32,645 nt of DNA from a virus (Duplodnaviria; Caudoviricetes): positions 1 to 32,645 of IMG/VR virus record IMGVR_UViG_3300012667_000749. The stretch is one strand, 5' to 3'. Made by a program: the position numbers and the translations under genes. The notes beneath the pieces are model-generated. The model saw nothing but the letters and a program-made list of their open reading frames with translations. It did no database searches and was not told the DNA's origin. Positions 8,269 to 17,933 of this stretch are shown piece after piece. How positions within the stretch are numbered: the stretch's first letter is position 1; each line of letters opens with the position of its first letter.

Positions 8269-8462
8269 GTATTACTTTTAACCCCTTCACAGGAAGGCTA
8301 GACTTTACTGGGCAAGGTGGAACGGGAAGTACTCTAACGAAGAAAGACGTAATTAAGGCGATACTAGTAGAGTCTAACCAGACTTTAGAGCTGCCAGTAG
8401 CGGCTATTTTGTTTGATGACGATAGTATTTTATACAATGACGACAGCCAGGGGATAGCATGA
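8265..8462 (+). CDS. Small protein with an FNPFTG-x-LD N-terminus (possible fibre-attachment peptide)
   Basis: ATGA overlaps on both sides; the N-terminal motif resembles the starts of phage fibre proteins (from recall). Confidence 0.6.
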   Translation: MSITFNPFTGRLDFTGQGGTGSTLTKKDVIKAILVESNQTLELPVAAILFDDDSILYNDDSQGIA

Positions 8463-11400
8463 TTAATCCGCATATAGTTAGAAAAATAACTTCTCCAATT
8501 AGCGCTCCTCCAGAAGCAGGGATCCATTGGATTAATACAGCTACAGGAGAGGAGTTTTTCTCAGTAGGTACTTCTAATGTTAATGACTGGGTAATAAGAA
8601 AGAATAACGGAGACTGGCTAAATGGCTCAGGAGTTCCGTCTAACTCGATAGGTAACGATAACGATAACTATATTAACAATGATAACGGAGATTATTATAA
8701 AAAGGTCTCTGGGGTATGGGTTATCCAGGGAAGTCTTAAAGGTCCAGAAGGCGAGATAGGTCCAGAAGGCGATGTAGGCCCAGCAGGGGCAGACGGATCC
8801 CAGATCTATACTGGTACTATTGATCCTAGTCCATTGCTAGGGCAAGACTCAGACTTCTATATCAATAGCTCTACTAATGCTTATTATCAGAAGCTATCTG
8901 GATCATGGTTATTAATCGGATCGTTCGCAGGCGTTACAGATCATGGCCTATTAACTGGCCTTTCTGATAATGACCATCCTCAATACTTACTTACAAGTAA
9001 TTTTGATACTCAGAACGAAGCAATGAAGGAGCCTACTGGCTTCCCTAATCGTACAGACTCGGCTATCACCTTCGATGACTTTACACGTACTCTTTTTATC
9101 TCAGCTACTGGAGCATCTTTCGACGTATGGATTAAGGGGACTCTTTATACCTTTCCCTCGCTTGTAGCTATCGGGAAGCAGATCTCAACAACCGCAGGAA
9201 ACCACTATTTATACTTCGATGCTAGCGGCAATCTTGAAGAGACTACTACCTTTTCTGTAGATCTATTCCAAGATAATGCAATGGTAGCTATCGTCTACTG
9301 GAATCCTGATACTAATACCCATACCTACTTAGGAGATGAGCGCCATGGTATGCAGATGGACGGGGCCACTCATGGATACTTGCATACTGTATTCGGTACT
9401 CGCTATTTAACTGGTCTAGCTCTCCAAGGCTTCGAAGCAGACGGGGACGGCTCATCTAATGCCCATGCTCAATTTACTTCTGATAGTGGTACTATTAGAG
9501 ATGAGGACCTTCTCCTGTCCATACTAGATCAATCTCAGATCCCAGTATTATTTAGACAGGGCTCACTATGGAGAAAGAAAGCAGGAGATAGCTATCCGAT
9601 AATCTACAATGGGACGGCTGGCTATACTGGTACTAGAGTACCTTTTAACGAGTTCGTTACAGGTAACTGGCAGCTAACCCAAATTACCAATGGGAATTAT
9701 GTATTAGTCCATTACTTCGCTACTAATGACCAGGATAACCCAGTCATAGGTATAATGGGGATTAATCAATACCCTAATGCTCCTCAGGCCCGAGCAGCTT
9801 GCGAGACTGAGATAGGCTCTTTATCTGGACTTCCTTTCGCTGAATTCACAGCGATAGGATCCGTTATCTTCCAGTCTAATAGCGCATACACTAATACTCC
9901 TAAAGCTATCGTCGTATCAAGTAACCCAACTATAGGGGAGATCTACGTAGACTTTAGAGGCGAGCAGCTCTATACGCCAAGTGGCGTAGCTACTTCTCAC
10001 AGCCTTTTAAGTAACCTAAATAGTGACGACCATTTACAATACTTCACAGAGTCAAGAGGTGATGCACGCTATTTAAAACTTACTGGTGGAGTTATTTCTG
10101 GTGCCGCCTCGACTGGAAGTTCACTTTTGAGAGTGACAAATACTGGTACAGGTGACTCTTTTGTCGTGGAAGATGCAGCTAATCCAGACGCCTCTAACTT
10201 CAAGATAGACGCTAATGGCTTTATCTTTACAGGCTCATTATTATCTACAGTAGGATCTTCTGGTAGGCTTCAGATATTAGACTCGCAAAATGCCTTCGTA
10301 GAGTGCATTGCAGGCTCGACTCGGGCAGTATCTTTCGGAGCTTCTACCACAGGCAATCGCTTTAGTTCAGCTATGGGATCCTTCGATATATCTACTACAG
10401 ACTCAGGAGATGCTATTAGTGTAACTCCCTCGGTAGGAGACGAGCTAGGACCTTCGATCTACTCTAAGTCTAATGGGACCAGTCTTCTTACTGGGATTAA
10501 TAACAATACTCCAGCAGAAGCTCTAGATGTTAATGGCAATTTTCAGGCCAACGGAAACATAAAGGCAATATCGGGAACTGCTCTTAGCTTGATAAGTGCC
10601 TCTGGCTTTATATCTGAAGACTCTTCGGTAGCTAGTGTTAGCTCTCAATTAACTAAAGACAGCTTATCTATTCAAGCTCCAGACGGATTAGACTTTAGAT
10701 ACTTTAATGCAAGTCCATATAACGTAGAACTAACTAATGATACAGACTCGCTCGGAATATTTAGGACTTATTTAGAGCCTGCCAGGATAAGGCTCTATAA
10801 TGCTATTAGTGGAATAGGCCAAGTGCCTACGACTCCAGTAGATCCTGAAGAAGTAACTACTAAGCACTATACTGACGCTACCTTTGCCCCACTTGCAGGA
10901 GCTACCTTTACAGGAGCTATCTCTGCCACTAATTTAAGTGGAACTAATACAGGGGACGAAGATAGTGCAAGTATTAAAACAAAACTAGGAGCAGCTTCTT
11001 CTTCTAATGATGGCTACTTAACAACAACTGATTATGATGCTTTTAATGAGTCTTCTTACTCTGTAAAATACCAGAAAAGCGTTTATTATGTTACCCCTAC
11101 AGTAGCTAGTACCACTCCTAGCACAGTCGGCTGCCCTGCTCCTAGTTTTACTGGTACTGCTGGAGGTATTACTCCTACTTGTACTTCCCTTTACACTTCA
11201 AAAAAGATCATGGCGTTAACGGCTTCTGCAATCTCTACGGCTATAGCAGGCTGGAGATGGGCTACGGAAACCTTTATTATGGGATCGACTACTTCCTATG
11301 GAGGATTTAAATTTTCAACCTCTCTAGGCTTTACCCAGGGCTTCGCAGTAGGGGGGACTAATAGACGATTCTTTGTTGGATTTACTAACTCTACTGTAGC

Positions 11401-11764
11401 TCCTACAGATGTACAGCCATCAAGCTTGACCAATATGTTTGGCTTCGGTCTAGATAATGGAGACTCTACTATCCAATTTATGTCGAATGATGGGGCAGGA
11501 ATAGCAACAAAGATAAATACGGGACTTCCTAGACCTACTACAGATCAATCAGACTTCTATAAAATTGAAATAAGTGTTGTAGCAGGCTCTGGAGTAGTTC
11601 AATTTAAAATCTCAAACCATTTAACTGGGGCATCGTTCTCAGACTCTACAAGTGTTGACCTACCTCTCTTAACGGAGCTTCTCTCTCCTAGGGCATGGAT
11701 GAGCGCAGGAGGAGTATCTACTGCGTTAGGCATATCTTTCGATCATATTTATATTGAGAACTAA
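8459..11764 (+). CDS. Large fibre/adhesin-like virion protein with a collagen segment
   Basis: 1101 aa, G/S/T-rich; Gly-X-Y run GPEGEIGPEGDVGPAGADG; duplicated G..P...G.D.D.YIN....YY.K.SG.W and H.LL..L..DDH.QY-like motifs. Confidence 0.75.
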   Translation: MINPHIVRKITSPISAPPEAGIHWINTATGEEFFSVGTSNVNDWVIRKNNGDWLNGSGVPSNSIGNDNDNYINNDNGDYYKKVSGVWVIQGSLKGPEGEIGPEGDVGPAGADGSQIYTGTIDPSPLLGQDSDFYINSSTNAYYQKLSGSWLLIGSFAGVTDHGLLTGLSDNDHPQYLLTSNFDTQNEAMKEPTGFPNRTDSAITFDDFTRTLFISATGASFDVWIKGTLYTFPSLVAIGKQISTTAGNHYLYFDASGNLEETTTFSVDLFQDNAMVAIVYWNPDTNTHTYLGDERHGMQMDGATHGYLHTVFGTRYLTGLALQGFEADGDGSSNAHAQFTSDSGTIRDEDLLLSILDQSQIPVLFRQGSLWRKKAGDSYPIIYNGTAGYTGTRVPFNEFVTGNWQLTQITNGNYVLVHYFATNDQDNPVIGIMGINQYPNAPQARAACETEIGSLSGLPFAEFTAIGSVIFQSNSAYTNTPKAIVVSSNPTIGEIYVDFRGEQLYTPSGVATSHSLLSNLNSDDHLQYFTESRGDARYLKLTGGVISGAASTGSSLLRVTNTGTGDSFVVEDAANPDASNFKIDANGFIFTGSLLSTVGSSGRLQILDSQNAFVECIAGSTRAVSFGASTTGNRFSSAMGSFDISTTDSGDAISVTPSVGDELGPSIYSKSNGTSLLTGINNNTPAEALDVNGNFQANGNIKAISGTALSLISASGFISEDSSVASVSSQLTKDSLSIQAPDGLDFRYFNASPYNVELTNDTDSLGIFRTYLEPARIRLYNAISGIGQVPTTPVDPEEVTTKHYTDATFAPLAGATFTGAISATNLSGTNTGDEDSASIKTKLGAASSSNDGYLTTTDYDAFNESSYSVKYQKSVYYVTPTVASTTPSTVGCPAPSFTGTAGGITPTCTSLYTSKKIMALTASAISTAIAGWRWATETFIMGSTTSYGGFKFSTSLGFTQGFAVGGTNRRFFVGFTNSTVAPTDVQPSSLTNMFGFGLDNGDSTIQFMSNDGAGIATKINTGLPRPTTDQSDFYKIEISVVAGSGVVQFKISNHLTGASFSDSTSVDLPLLTELLSPRAWMSAGGVSTALGISFDHIYIEN

Positions 11765-11775
11765 TAAGGAGTATT

Positions 11776-12573
11776 ATGCTTAAGATAATCTATAATGGTA
11801 ATGACATCTCTAGAGAGCAATCTCGCTATGAGTATCTGCCTAATACTTTAGATCTAAATGATTATAACCTATTCATAGGGTATTATAAGCCTATTAATAG
11901 CCTATTCCTTAACGTAGTAAAGAATACTAACGATCTAGTCTTAGACGTAAAGTACTACGCTACTGCTGGCTTCGAATCCGTAACTGGGGTAAAAGATCTT
12001 ACCTTTGGATTATCTGGACCAGGCTTCTTATCCTGGAATAATAAACAAGTAGGGCAAGTTAAGACTGAGCTATTCGGAGAGGAGTTATACTGGTATCAGT
12101 TAACTGCTAGTACTGCTCATAATATCGTTTTTAGAGGTATCTCTACTTTATTCTCAGACGATTACGATCTAGTAGCTGCATATCCTTCTATTATGAATCA
12201 TTTACCAGAAGGGCAGGAGTCTTTCGTCCGCTTTCACGAGGAAGCTGCTAGAGATATTATTATAGACCTAAGACGTACTGGCCTAGTCATTAACGGAAAG
12301 ATCTCTGAGCCTTCAGTAAGAAAGCAGTTAGACGCCTTCGATCTCCTAGATAAAGAAGAGGTCCGAGATGCTGCTAAGTACTTTACCCTATCTAAAATCT
12401 TCTCATGGTTATCGGATGCGCCTGCGGATAAGTGGGAAGGACTTGCCTCTAAGTATGAGGCAGAGGCAGCAGGATCCCTTACTCCTCTAATCACTATTGA
12501 TAAAAACGATGACGGAGTTAAAGACGACGAAGAGATAGCAGACGATATGCCTATTATCGTAGGTAGACTATGA
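11776..12573 (+). CDS. Putative head-tail adaptor/neck protein with an extra N-terminal beta domain
   Basis: Position; helical C-terminal half ending in 'TIDKNDDG...IVGR'. Confidence 0.55.
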   Translation: MLKIIYNGNDISREQSRYEYLPNTLDLNDYNLFIGYYKPINSLFLNVVKNTNDLVLDVKYYATAGFESVTGVKDLTFGLSGPGFLSWNNKQVGQVKTELFGEELYWYQLTASTAHNIVFRGISTLFSDDYDLVAAYPSIMNHLPEGQESFVRFHEEAARDIIIDLRRTGLVINGKISEPSVRKQLDAFDLLDKEEVRDAAKYFTLSKIFSWLSDAPADKWEGLASKYEAEAAGSLTPLITIDKNDDGVKDDEEIADDMPIIVGRL

Positions 12574-13019
12574 GCGTAGTAACTGAGCTAATGGACCTAA
12601 TAGAGTCTAAGGTAGAGACTCTTTTACCTACCTATAAGCTTATGCCCTTCGTGTATGAGCTAGAGCTAAATGATAGACTAGCGGCAAAGAATTATGGGGT
12701 ACGATTAAGCTCAGCTTCTACCATTGCAGGTACTAATCATGCTGCCACTTTCGACCATAGTATAGAGATAGATCTTACTCAAAGATACGAGCCTAAAAAG
12801 TCTTCTGGGGATAAGGACCTAAGAGATAAGATAGCGTCTATCTCGGACGATATAGAGACTCTTTATAAGGAGTTTTATAGACGTCCAGGATCGCTTGCTT
12901 CTGCGAGCCTTCTAGTTATCGCTCCAGTAGACTTATCAGGTCCTAATATAGATAATGATAATAATTTAATAACGATAACTCTTACGCTATCGGTTAAGTA
13001 CAGAGTAGCTAATTTTTAA
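12570..13019 (+). CDS. Putative tail terminator/completion protein
   Basis: 149 aa, directly upstream of the tail tube gene, with a terminal beta strand. Confidence 0.6.
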   Translation: MSVVTELMDLIESKVETLLPTYKLMPFVYELELNDRLAAKNYGVRLSSASTIAGTNHAATFDHSIEIDLTQRYEPKKSSGDKDLRDKIASISDDIETLYKEFYRRPGSLASASLLVIAPVDLSGPNIDNDNNLITITLTLSVKYRVANF

Positions 13020-13030
13020 GGAGATATTAT

Positions 13031-14206
13031 ATGAACTTCGTAATTAAGGGCAAAAGCTCAATTTTTGTAAAAGAAGAAGTAACCGAGGGGACTTATATAG
13101 CTCCTACTTCAGCAGCAGAGGCTATCGAAGTACTAGACGACTTCGCTGGATTCGAATTCACTAAAGAGAAGATCGAAAGAAAAGTTCTTAAGTCTACTAT
13201 CGAGTCTGTAGCTCCTAGACCTGGACTACCTAACGCTTCTGGATCTCTCCCTACTGAATTCAAGGCAGCAGCAGTAGAAGGTAATGCTCCTAGAGCAGAT
13301 CTTCTTTATAAATCCCTACTAGGTGGAAAGCGCCAGGTAGCTACTGCTATTGAGCTTATCGCTGGATCTACTACTACAGTATTAAATTTAGACGATGCAG
13401 ATATTAACAAGATTAAGAAAGGCGACTCTGTACATATTAAGACTGCAGGCGCTCATTGTATTAGACCAGTAGCTTCTGTATCTAACGTGCTAGGAGCAGT
13501 TACTGTAACTCTAGCTATTCCTGCTCCTTCTGCTCCAGCAGCAGGCGTAGAGATTGCTCCTCTTACTACTTACTACTTCGAAGATGACGTTACTTCTCTA
13601 TCTGTTACGGCAGAAATGGGCGGCGAGATCTCTGAGCAGTTTGCAGGTGGCAAGGTAGAGTCTGCAGAAATTTCTAACTGGACTACTGGGCAGATCCCTC
13701 AGGTTAACTTTTCTCTTAAGGGATTAAGCCTTGAGAAGGTAGACTCTGTATCTGGTCTAGTGCCAGACTTTTCTGCGGAGCCTCAGCCTCCAGTAGCTCT
13801 AGAAGCTTGCGCCTATATCGACGGAGTAGAGACGGATTATGTAGAATTTAGCTTAACTATGGGTAATACCCTAGTAGACCTTCTTTCTCCATGCTCTGCT
13901 CAAGGTAAATTAGCTTCTAGAAATACGAACTTCCTAGTATCTGGAAAGATTAATCCATATATGAAGACGGATGCGGTAGATCGCTTTACTAAATATAACG
14001 ATGGGACTCCAGTCTCTATCTTCGTCCATATCTCTAACCCAGGCGCAGCAGCTGGAGAGTTACAAAACTCAGCAGCTATCTGGCTCCCTCAAGTAGCTTT
14101 AACGGCTATTGTTAACGGAGATCAGGACGGAGTATTAACAGACGATCTAGAGTTTCAGGCCTTCGTTAGCTCTGCAAACGATACTATGTTTATGAGCTTT
14201 ATTTAA
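13031..14206 (+). CDS. Tail tube (major tail) protein
   Basis: 'KEEVTEGTY..P' N-terminus, beta-rich, followed by a terminator, chaperone and tape measure; no sheath gene seen. Confidence 0.82.
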   Translation: MNFVIKGKSSIFVKEEVTEGTYIAPTSAAEAIEVLDDFAGFEFTKEKIERKVLKSTIESVAPRPGLPNASGSLPTEFKAAAVEGNAPRADLLYKSLLGGKRQVATAIELIAGSTTTVLNLDDADINKIKKGDSVHIKTAGAHCIRPVASVSNVLGAVTVTLAIPAPSAPAAGVEIAPLTTYYFEDDVTSLSVTAEMGGEISEQFAGGKVESAEISNWTTGQIPQVNFSLKGLSLEKVDSVSGLVPDFSAEPQPPVALEACAYIDGVETDYVEFSLTMGNTLVDLLSPCSAQGKLASRNTNFLVSGKINPYMKTDAVDRFTKYNDGTPVSIFVHISNPGAAAGELQNSAAIWLPQVALTAIVNGDQDGVLTDDLEFQAFVSSANDTMFMSFI

Positions 14207-14266
14207 CTTTCTTACCCTGGAAAGATAAAAACTTGATTAGTTTATAGTGTGTTCTGATTAAGTTAT

Positions 14267-14297
14267 GGGCCAGTTAATAGCTGGCCCTTTTCTTTTT
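14267..14297 (+). terminator. Intrinsic terminator after the tail tube gene
   Basis: GGGCCAG-ttaatag-CTGGCCC followed by TTTTCTTTTT. Confidence 0.85.
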
Positions 14298-14306
14298 ATG
14301 GTCCCA

Positions 14307-14316
14307 TGAGTACGAT
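14307..14316 (+). promoter_or_regulatory. TGAGTACGAT promoter-like motif upstream of the tail chaperone
   Basis: Variant of the 3409 and 24444 motif, just downstream of a terminator. Confidence 0.42.
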
Positions 14317-14346
14317 CTATCTATAGCAATCTAACCAGGGGACATT

Positions 14347-14742
14347 ATGAAGGTATTAAGAACTACGGACATCGTTACACTTAAGCATGAAGAGTTAGAG
14401 GTAGACTTCTCTCCTCTTAGATATGATCGATCCATAGAGATAGCTAACACAACTAAGAACGAAGCAGGTAATACTATCGTAGACGTTACGAAGCAGACTT
14501 CTTTAATGCTTAAATATGCCGTTAAGGAAGTTAGGGGCATTACGGACTACGATAATAATCCTATTACAATCAAGGCAATCAATGGCGAACTATCAGAAGA
14601 TGACGTTAGTACGGCTATTAGCGTACTGGTTAAGACTCCTTTTCTTGCCCCTATTAGTTTTATTTCTACTTCTTCTAATTTTAGAGAATACGAAGGCGTA
14701 GAGATCAAGATTAATGGGAAGGTCCTAGACCTGGGAAAGTAG
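14347..14742 (+). CDS. Tail assembly chaperone (gpG equivalent)
   Basis: Between tail tube and tape measure; ends CTG GGA AAG TAG. Confidence 0.85.
   Translation: MKVLRTTDIVTLKHEELEVDFSPLRYDRSIEIANTTKNEAGNTIVDVTKQTSLMLKYAVKEVRGITDYDNNPITIKAINGELSEDDVSTAISVLVKTPFLAPISFISTSSNFREYEGVEIKINGKVLDLGK
14733..14739 (+). other. -1 programmed ribosomal frameshift site GGGAAAG
   Basis: Same heptamer as lambda G/T; the -1 frame is open from here to the stop at 15218. Confidence 0.9.
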
Positions 14743-15218
14743 ATCCGAGTAATTTACTAGATCTTCTACTGGGAGAGATAAGCTCTATCTCCTCCCTATC
14801 ATGGCAGGATACTGTAGAAGTAGTGGCTACTCATTACTCTTTAAATAATCTAAACTTTAGCTGCTATATCTGTAAGGATAAGTACCCAGAGAGTAGAAGA
14901 CGATCTATGAAAGGATGCTTTTCTCCTATAGCTACCCCAGTAGCTAAATGGAAAGATAGGATCTACTTCTATAAGTGCCCTTCTAATTATTACTCTCCTT
15001 ACGTAGCCGAGCTATCGCATCATGCTAGGCATTTAGAGAATGGACTGTTACCATATAGCGGAGGGCTTCTAGAGCAGCCAGCGAAGCTTATAGAGCTTCT
15101 TAACTTACTTAACTCTCTTCGTGTAGAAGATGAGATAGATCGTCTTAAAAAGCAGACGGCAGAGGCAAGGAAAAATGGCAGACAACAAAATAATAATTCA
15201 AATAGACGCGGGTACTGA
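14739..15218 (+). CDS. Frameshifted extension of the tail chaperone (gpT equivalent; fusion about 290 aa)
   Basis: The -1 frame reads VDPSNLLDLLLGEISS... and continues into the 14823..15218 ORF; 'LPYSGGLLEQP' motif typical of T segments. Confidence 0.85.
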   Translation, partial: VDPSNLLDLLLGEISSISSLSWQDTVEVVATHYSLNNLNFSCYICKDKYPESRRRSMKGCFSPIATPVAKWKDRIYFYKCPSNYYSPYVAELSHHARHLENGLLPYSGGLLEQPAKLIELLNLLNSLRVEDEIDRLKKQTAEARKNGRQQNNNSNRRGY

Positions 15219-17172
15219 AGATCTTATTAAAGCGCTTAATAGTGCAGATAAGGCAGCAGTTAAGTTTAGCGCTAACGTAGTATCTAGTTTTGCTCCTATT
15301 AAAACAGAAGCAGCTAAGACTGGTAATATTATTAGTAACGCCTTTAATAAAGCATTTACAGACGTAGCCAAGGGCGTAGCAGTAGGAAGCCTGGTAGAGA
15401 AAGGCATAAGCTTCGCATTTAGCGCTATTACTAGTTTCGTATCTGGATCTGTCCAGGCAGCGGCAGAACAGGAAGCTGCATTAAATAAATTAGGGCAGGC
15501 GTTAAGAGCTTCTGGCTCTTACTCTAAAGAAGCAATAGACGACTTTTCTGCCTTCGCTTCTGAGCTACAGAGGACTTCAGTCTATGCCGACGAAGTAGTA
15601 GTAGGCCAACTAGCTATTGCTAAGTCTTTCGGGGTTAGTAATGAGCAGGCTAAAAAGTTAGTCCAGGCAGCGGCAGAGTTAACTTCTACCTTCGGAGGAT
15701 CTCTAGAAGAAAATGTTAGCAAGTTAGCTAAGACTCTAGACGGGACTGCAGGAAAGCTTAACGAACAGATCCCAGCATTAAGAGGACTCACAGCAGAGCA
15801 GCTTAAGGCAGGAGGAGCTATCGACGTAGTGGCTTCTAAGTTCGCAGGAGCGGCGGCCAATGAGCTCAACTCTTATAATGGAAAGGTAGCAGAGACTAAG
15901 AATGTTATAAGCGACTTCCAGGAAGAGCTAGGCAATTTAATTACTAAAAACTCTTTAGCTATCGGATCTCTAGATCTTGTTAAGTCTGCTTTCTCTACGC
16001 TAGGTGGTATAGTCCAGGATACTAATGCTGTAGTCCTGGGGATCGGATTAAACGAAGAGCAGAGAGCTAAAAATTTAGATACTCTTTCTACTCAATATGC
16101 TTCTCTTACTACAAGAATAGAGGCATATCAGGCGCAGTTAAGGGCAGAAGGTGAGGGTAACTTAGGCTTCTTTGATAGCCTATTCTTTAATGCCGAGGCT
16201 GCTAAGAAAGAACTAATAAACTTGCAAGCTCAGCAGACTAAATTATTTAATCAAATAAATGCCCAGCCTATAGCAGCTACTCCTGGAGCCAGTCCTACTG
16301 GGGCTCCAGTACAGACTACAGAAGAGAAGGCAGCAGCGGATAAGATCCTCGCAGATAAAGAAGCTTTAAATCAACAATTGATACAGCAGCAGCAAGACTT
16401 TAACGCTTATATGAGCCAGCTTAAGCTAGCAGACGATACCTTAACGGCAGAGCAGAGAGCGCTGGAGTATGAAAATTTATTAATCTATGAGCAATCAAAG
16501 ATAGAAGCTGTACAGCAGGCAGAGATAGCTAAGGCCAACTTAATACAAGATGCTGGGCTAAGAAGAGCCACTATCGAAGCCATTAATAATAAAGCAGATC
16601 TAGATAAGCAGAAAGTACAAAACAAAAATACAATCGATCTAGAAAAGGATCTTACTAAACTACAGAGGCAGGAGTCTGATACTAGATTAGGCATTACGGC
16701 CAACTATATTAATGCAGGCTTAGCTTTAACTAAGCAGGGCTCGGATGCTCAGAAAGCTTTATCTATAGCCTCTGCCACGATCTCTACTTATACTGCCGCT
16801 ACTCATGCTCTAGAGGATACTCGTCCTGCTTTCTTAGGACCAGCAGTAGCAGCTTCTATTGTAGCAGCAGGTCTAGCTAACGTGGCAAAGATCGCTGGGG
16901 CCAAGTTCGCTACAGGTGGTATCGTATCAGGGTATTCTACTAGCGGAGATAGAGTACCTGCCTTAGTTAACTCTGGAGAAATGATACTTAATAAAAACCA
17001 GCAGACTGAATTATACGGACTAGCTACAGGAAGCAGAAGCTCTGCTGGTAATATGGACATATCTGCAATTATAAATGAGATTAGAAGTATCCCTATTGTA
17101 GTCCAGGCTAACGGCAGAGAGATCGCTCGACTAATAAGAGATGAGCGTAATAATGGTTTTGAGGTATTCTAA
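15175..17172 (+). CDS. Tail tape measure protein
   Basis: Ala/Gln-rich helical protein of 665 aa with C-terminal 'FATGGIV.G.STSGDRVPALVNSGEMILN' motif. Confidence 0.9.
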   Translation: MADNKIIIQIDAGTEDLIKALNSADKAAVKFSANVVSSFAPIKTEAAKTGNIISNAFNKAFTDVAKGVAVGSLVEKGISFAFSAITSFVSGSVQAAAEQEAALNKLGQALRASGSYSKEAIDDFSAFASELQRTSVYADEVVVGQLAIAKSFGVSNEQAKKLVQAAAELTSTFGGSLEENVSKLAKTLDGTAGKLNEQIPALRGLTAEQLKAGGAIDVVASKFAGAAANELNSYNGKVAETKNVISDFQEELGNLITKNSLAIGSLDLVKSAFSTLGGIVQDTNAVVLGIGLNEEQRAKNLDTLSTQYASLTTRIEAYQAQLRAEGEGNLGFFDSLFFNAEAAKKELINLQAQQTKLFNQINAQPIAATPGASPTGAPVQTTEEKAAADKILADKEALNQQLIQQQQDFNAYMSQLKLADDTLTAEQRALEYENLLIYEQSKIEAVQQAEIAKANLIQDAGLRRATIEAINNKADLDKQKVQNKNTIDLEKDLTKLQRQESDTRLGITANYINAGLALTKQGSDAQKALSIASATISTYTAATHALEDTRPAFLGPAVAASIVAAGLANVAKIAGAKFATGGIVSGYSTSGDRVPALVNSGEMILNKNQQTELYGLATGSRSSAGNMDISAIINEIRSIPIVVQANGREIARLIRDERNNGFEVF

Positions 17173-17933
17173 TGGCCAATCAACATTTTTTATATGAGAA
17201 CTTAATCAAGTCCGCTACCATTACTCCTTCTACAGTGAGTGCTCAGTACCCAGTAGCTAACCTGGTAGACGATAGACGCTCTAAGGTTTATCGATCTACT
17301 GCTAACTCTGATAGTATCGTCATAGATCTAGGATCCGCTAAGGATCTTAATGCCTTCGCTATAGTACATAATGGGACTAGCTTCGGAGTTAACACTGTTA
17401 CTCTAGAGCTTAACTCTTCTGATAGCTGGGCTTCTCCAGCAGTTAGCCAGGTGATAACTTTAGATACTACTCATGGGGTAGGCTATCATATCTTCGGATC
17501 TACTCAAACTTACAGATATGCTCGGATAGTTCTAACAAGTACGCTAGGATACTGCGAAGTAAGTAAGATATTCCTGGGTAAGTATGCTTCTATAGGAGAG
17601 CTTACTTTCGAATATCCAATCAAGTATAAGCAAAATAATAACTCGACCGTAACTAAGAATAGACTCGGCCAGCGCTTCATTGATCTAATTAATACGCAGA
17701 AAGAAATTAGCGGATCAATCTCGACGATGACGAAAGAAGAGTTAGCGCCACTTTTAACAATGTTAGATTATACTTCTTTTACCCTACCTATCTGGTTAAT
17801 ATTCCCAGAGGGTAATATAACTACGGATAATGATAGAATAAATGGCTACTATTATCTTAAAGACGATCCTACTCTTAACTTCGTAGTAGGTAATTACTGG
17901 AATACAGAGCTATCTTTCGAAGAAGGTAAGTAA
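17172..17933 (+). CDS. Distal-tail-like protein with a discoidin/galactose-binding-like insertion
   Basis: Follows the tape measure; 'NLVD.R.S..YRS', 'IVIDLGS' and 'YRYARI' motifs; ends 'LSFEE'. Confidence 0.65.
   Translation: MANQHFLYENLIKSATITPSTVSAQYPVANLVDDRRSKVYRSTANSDSIVIDLGSAKDLNAFAIVHNGTSFGVNTVTLELNSSDSWASPAVSQVITLDTTHGVGYHIFGSTQTYRYARIVLTSTLGYCEVSKIFLGKYASIGELTFEYPIKYKQNNNSTVTKNRLGQRFIDLINTQKEISGSISTMTKEELAPLLTMLDYTSFTLPIWLIFPEGNITTDNDRINGYYYLKDDPTLNFVVGNYWNTELSFEEGK

Noticed and set aside
8740-8775. Direct repeat AGGTCCAGAAGGCGA
   Set aside because: Encodes the collagen Gly-Pro-Glu-Gly repeats.
4140-14700. Other CGAAGG occurrences (about 4142, 8115 and 14691)
   Set aside because: Flanks do not pair beyond the closing C-G, so they are not counted as cassette hairpins.
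14516-14701. Hydrophobic out-of-frame 61-aa ORF inside the tail chaperone gene
   Set aside because: No SD, no lipobox and not in a lysis context; likely a frame shadow.
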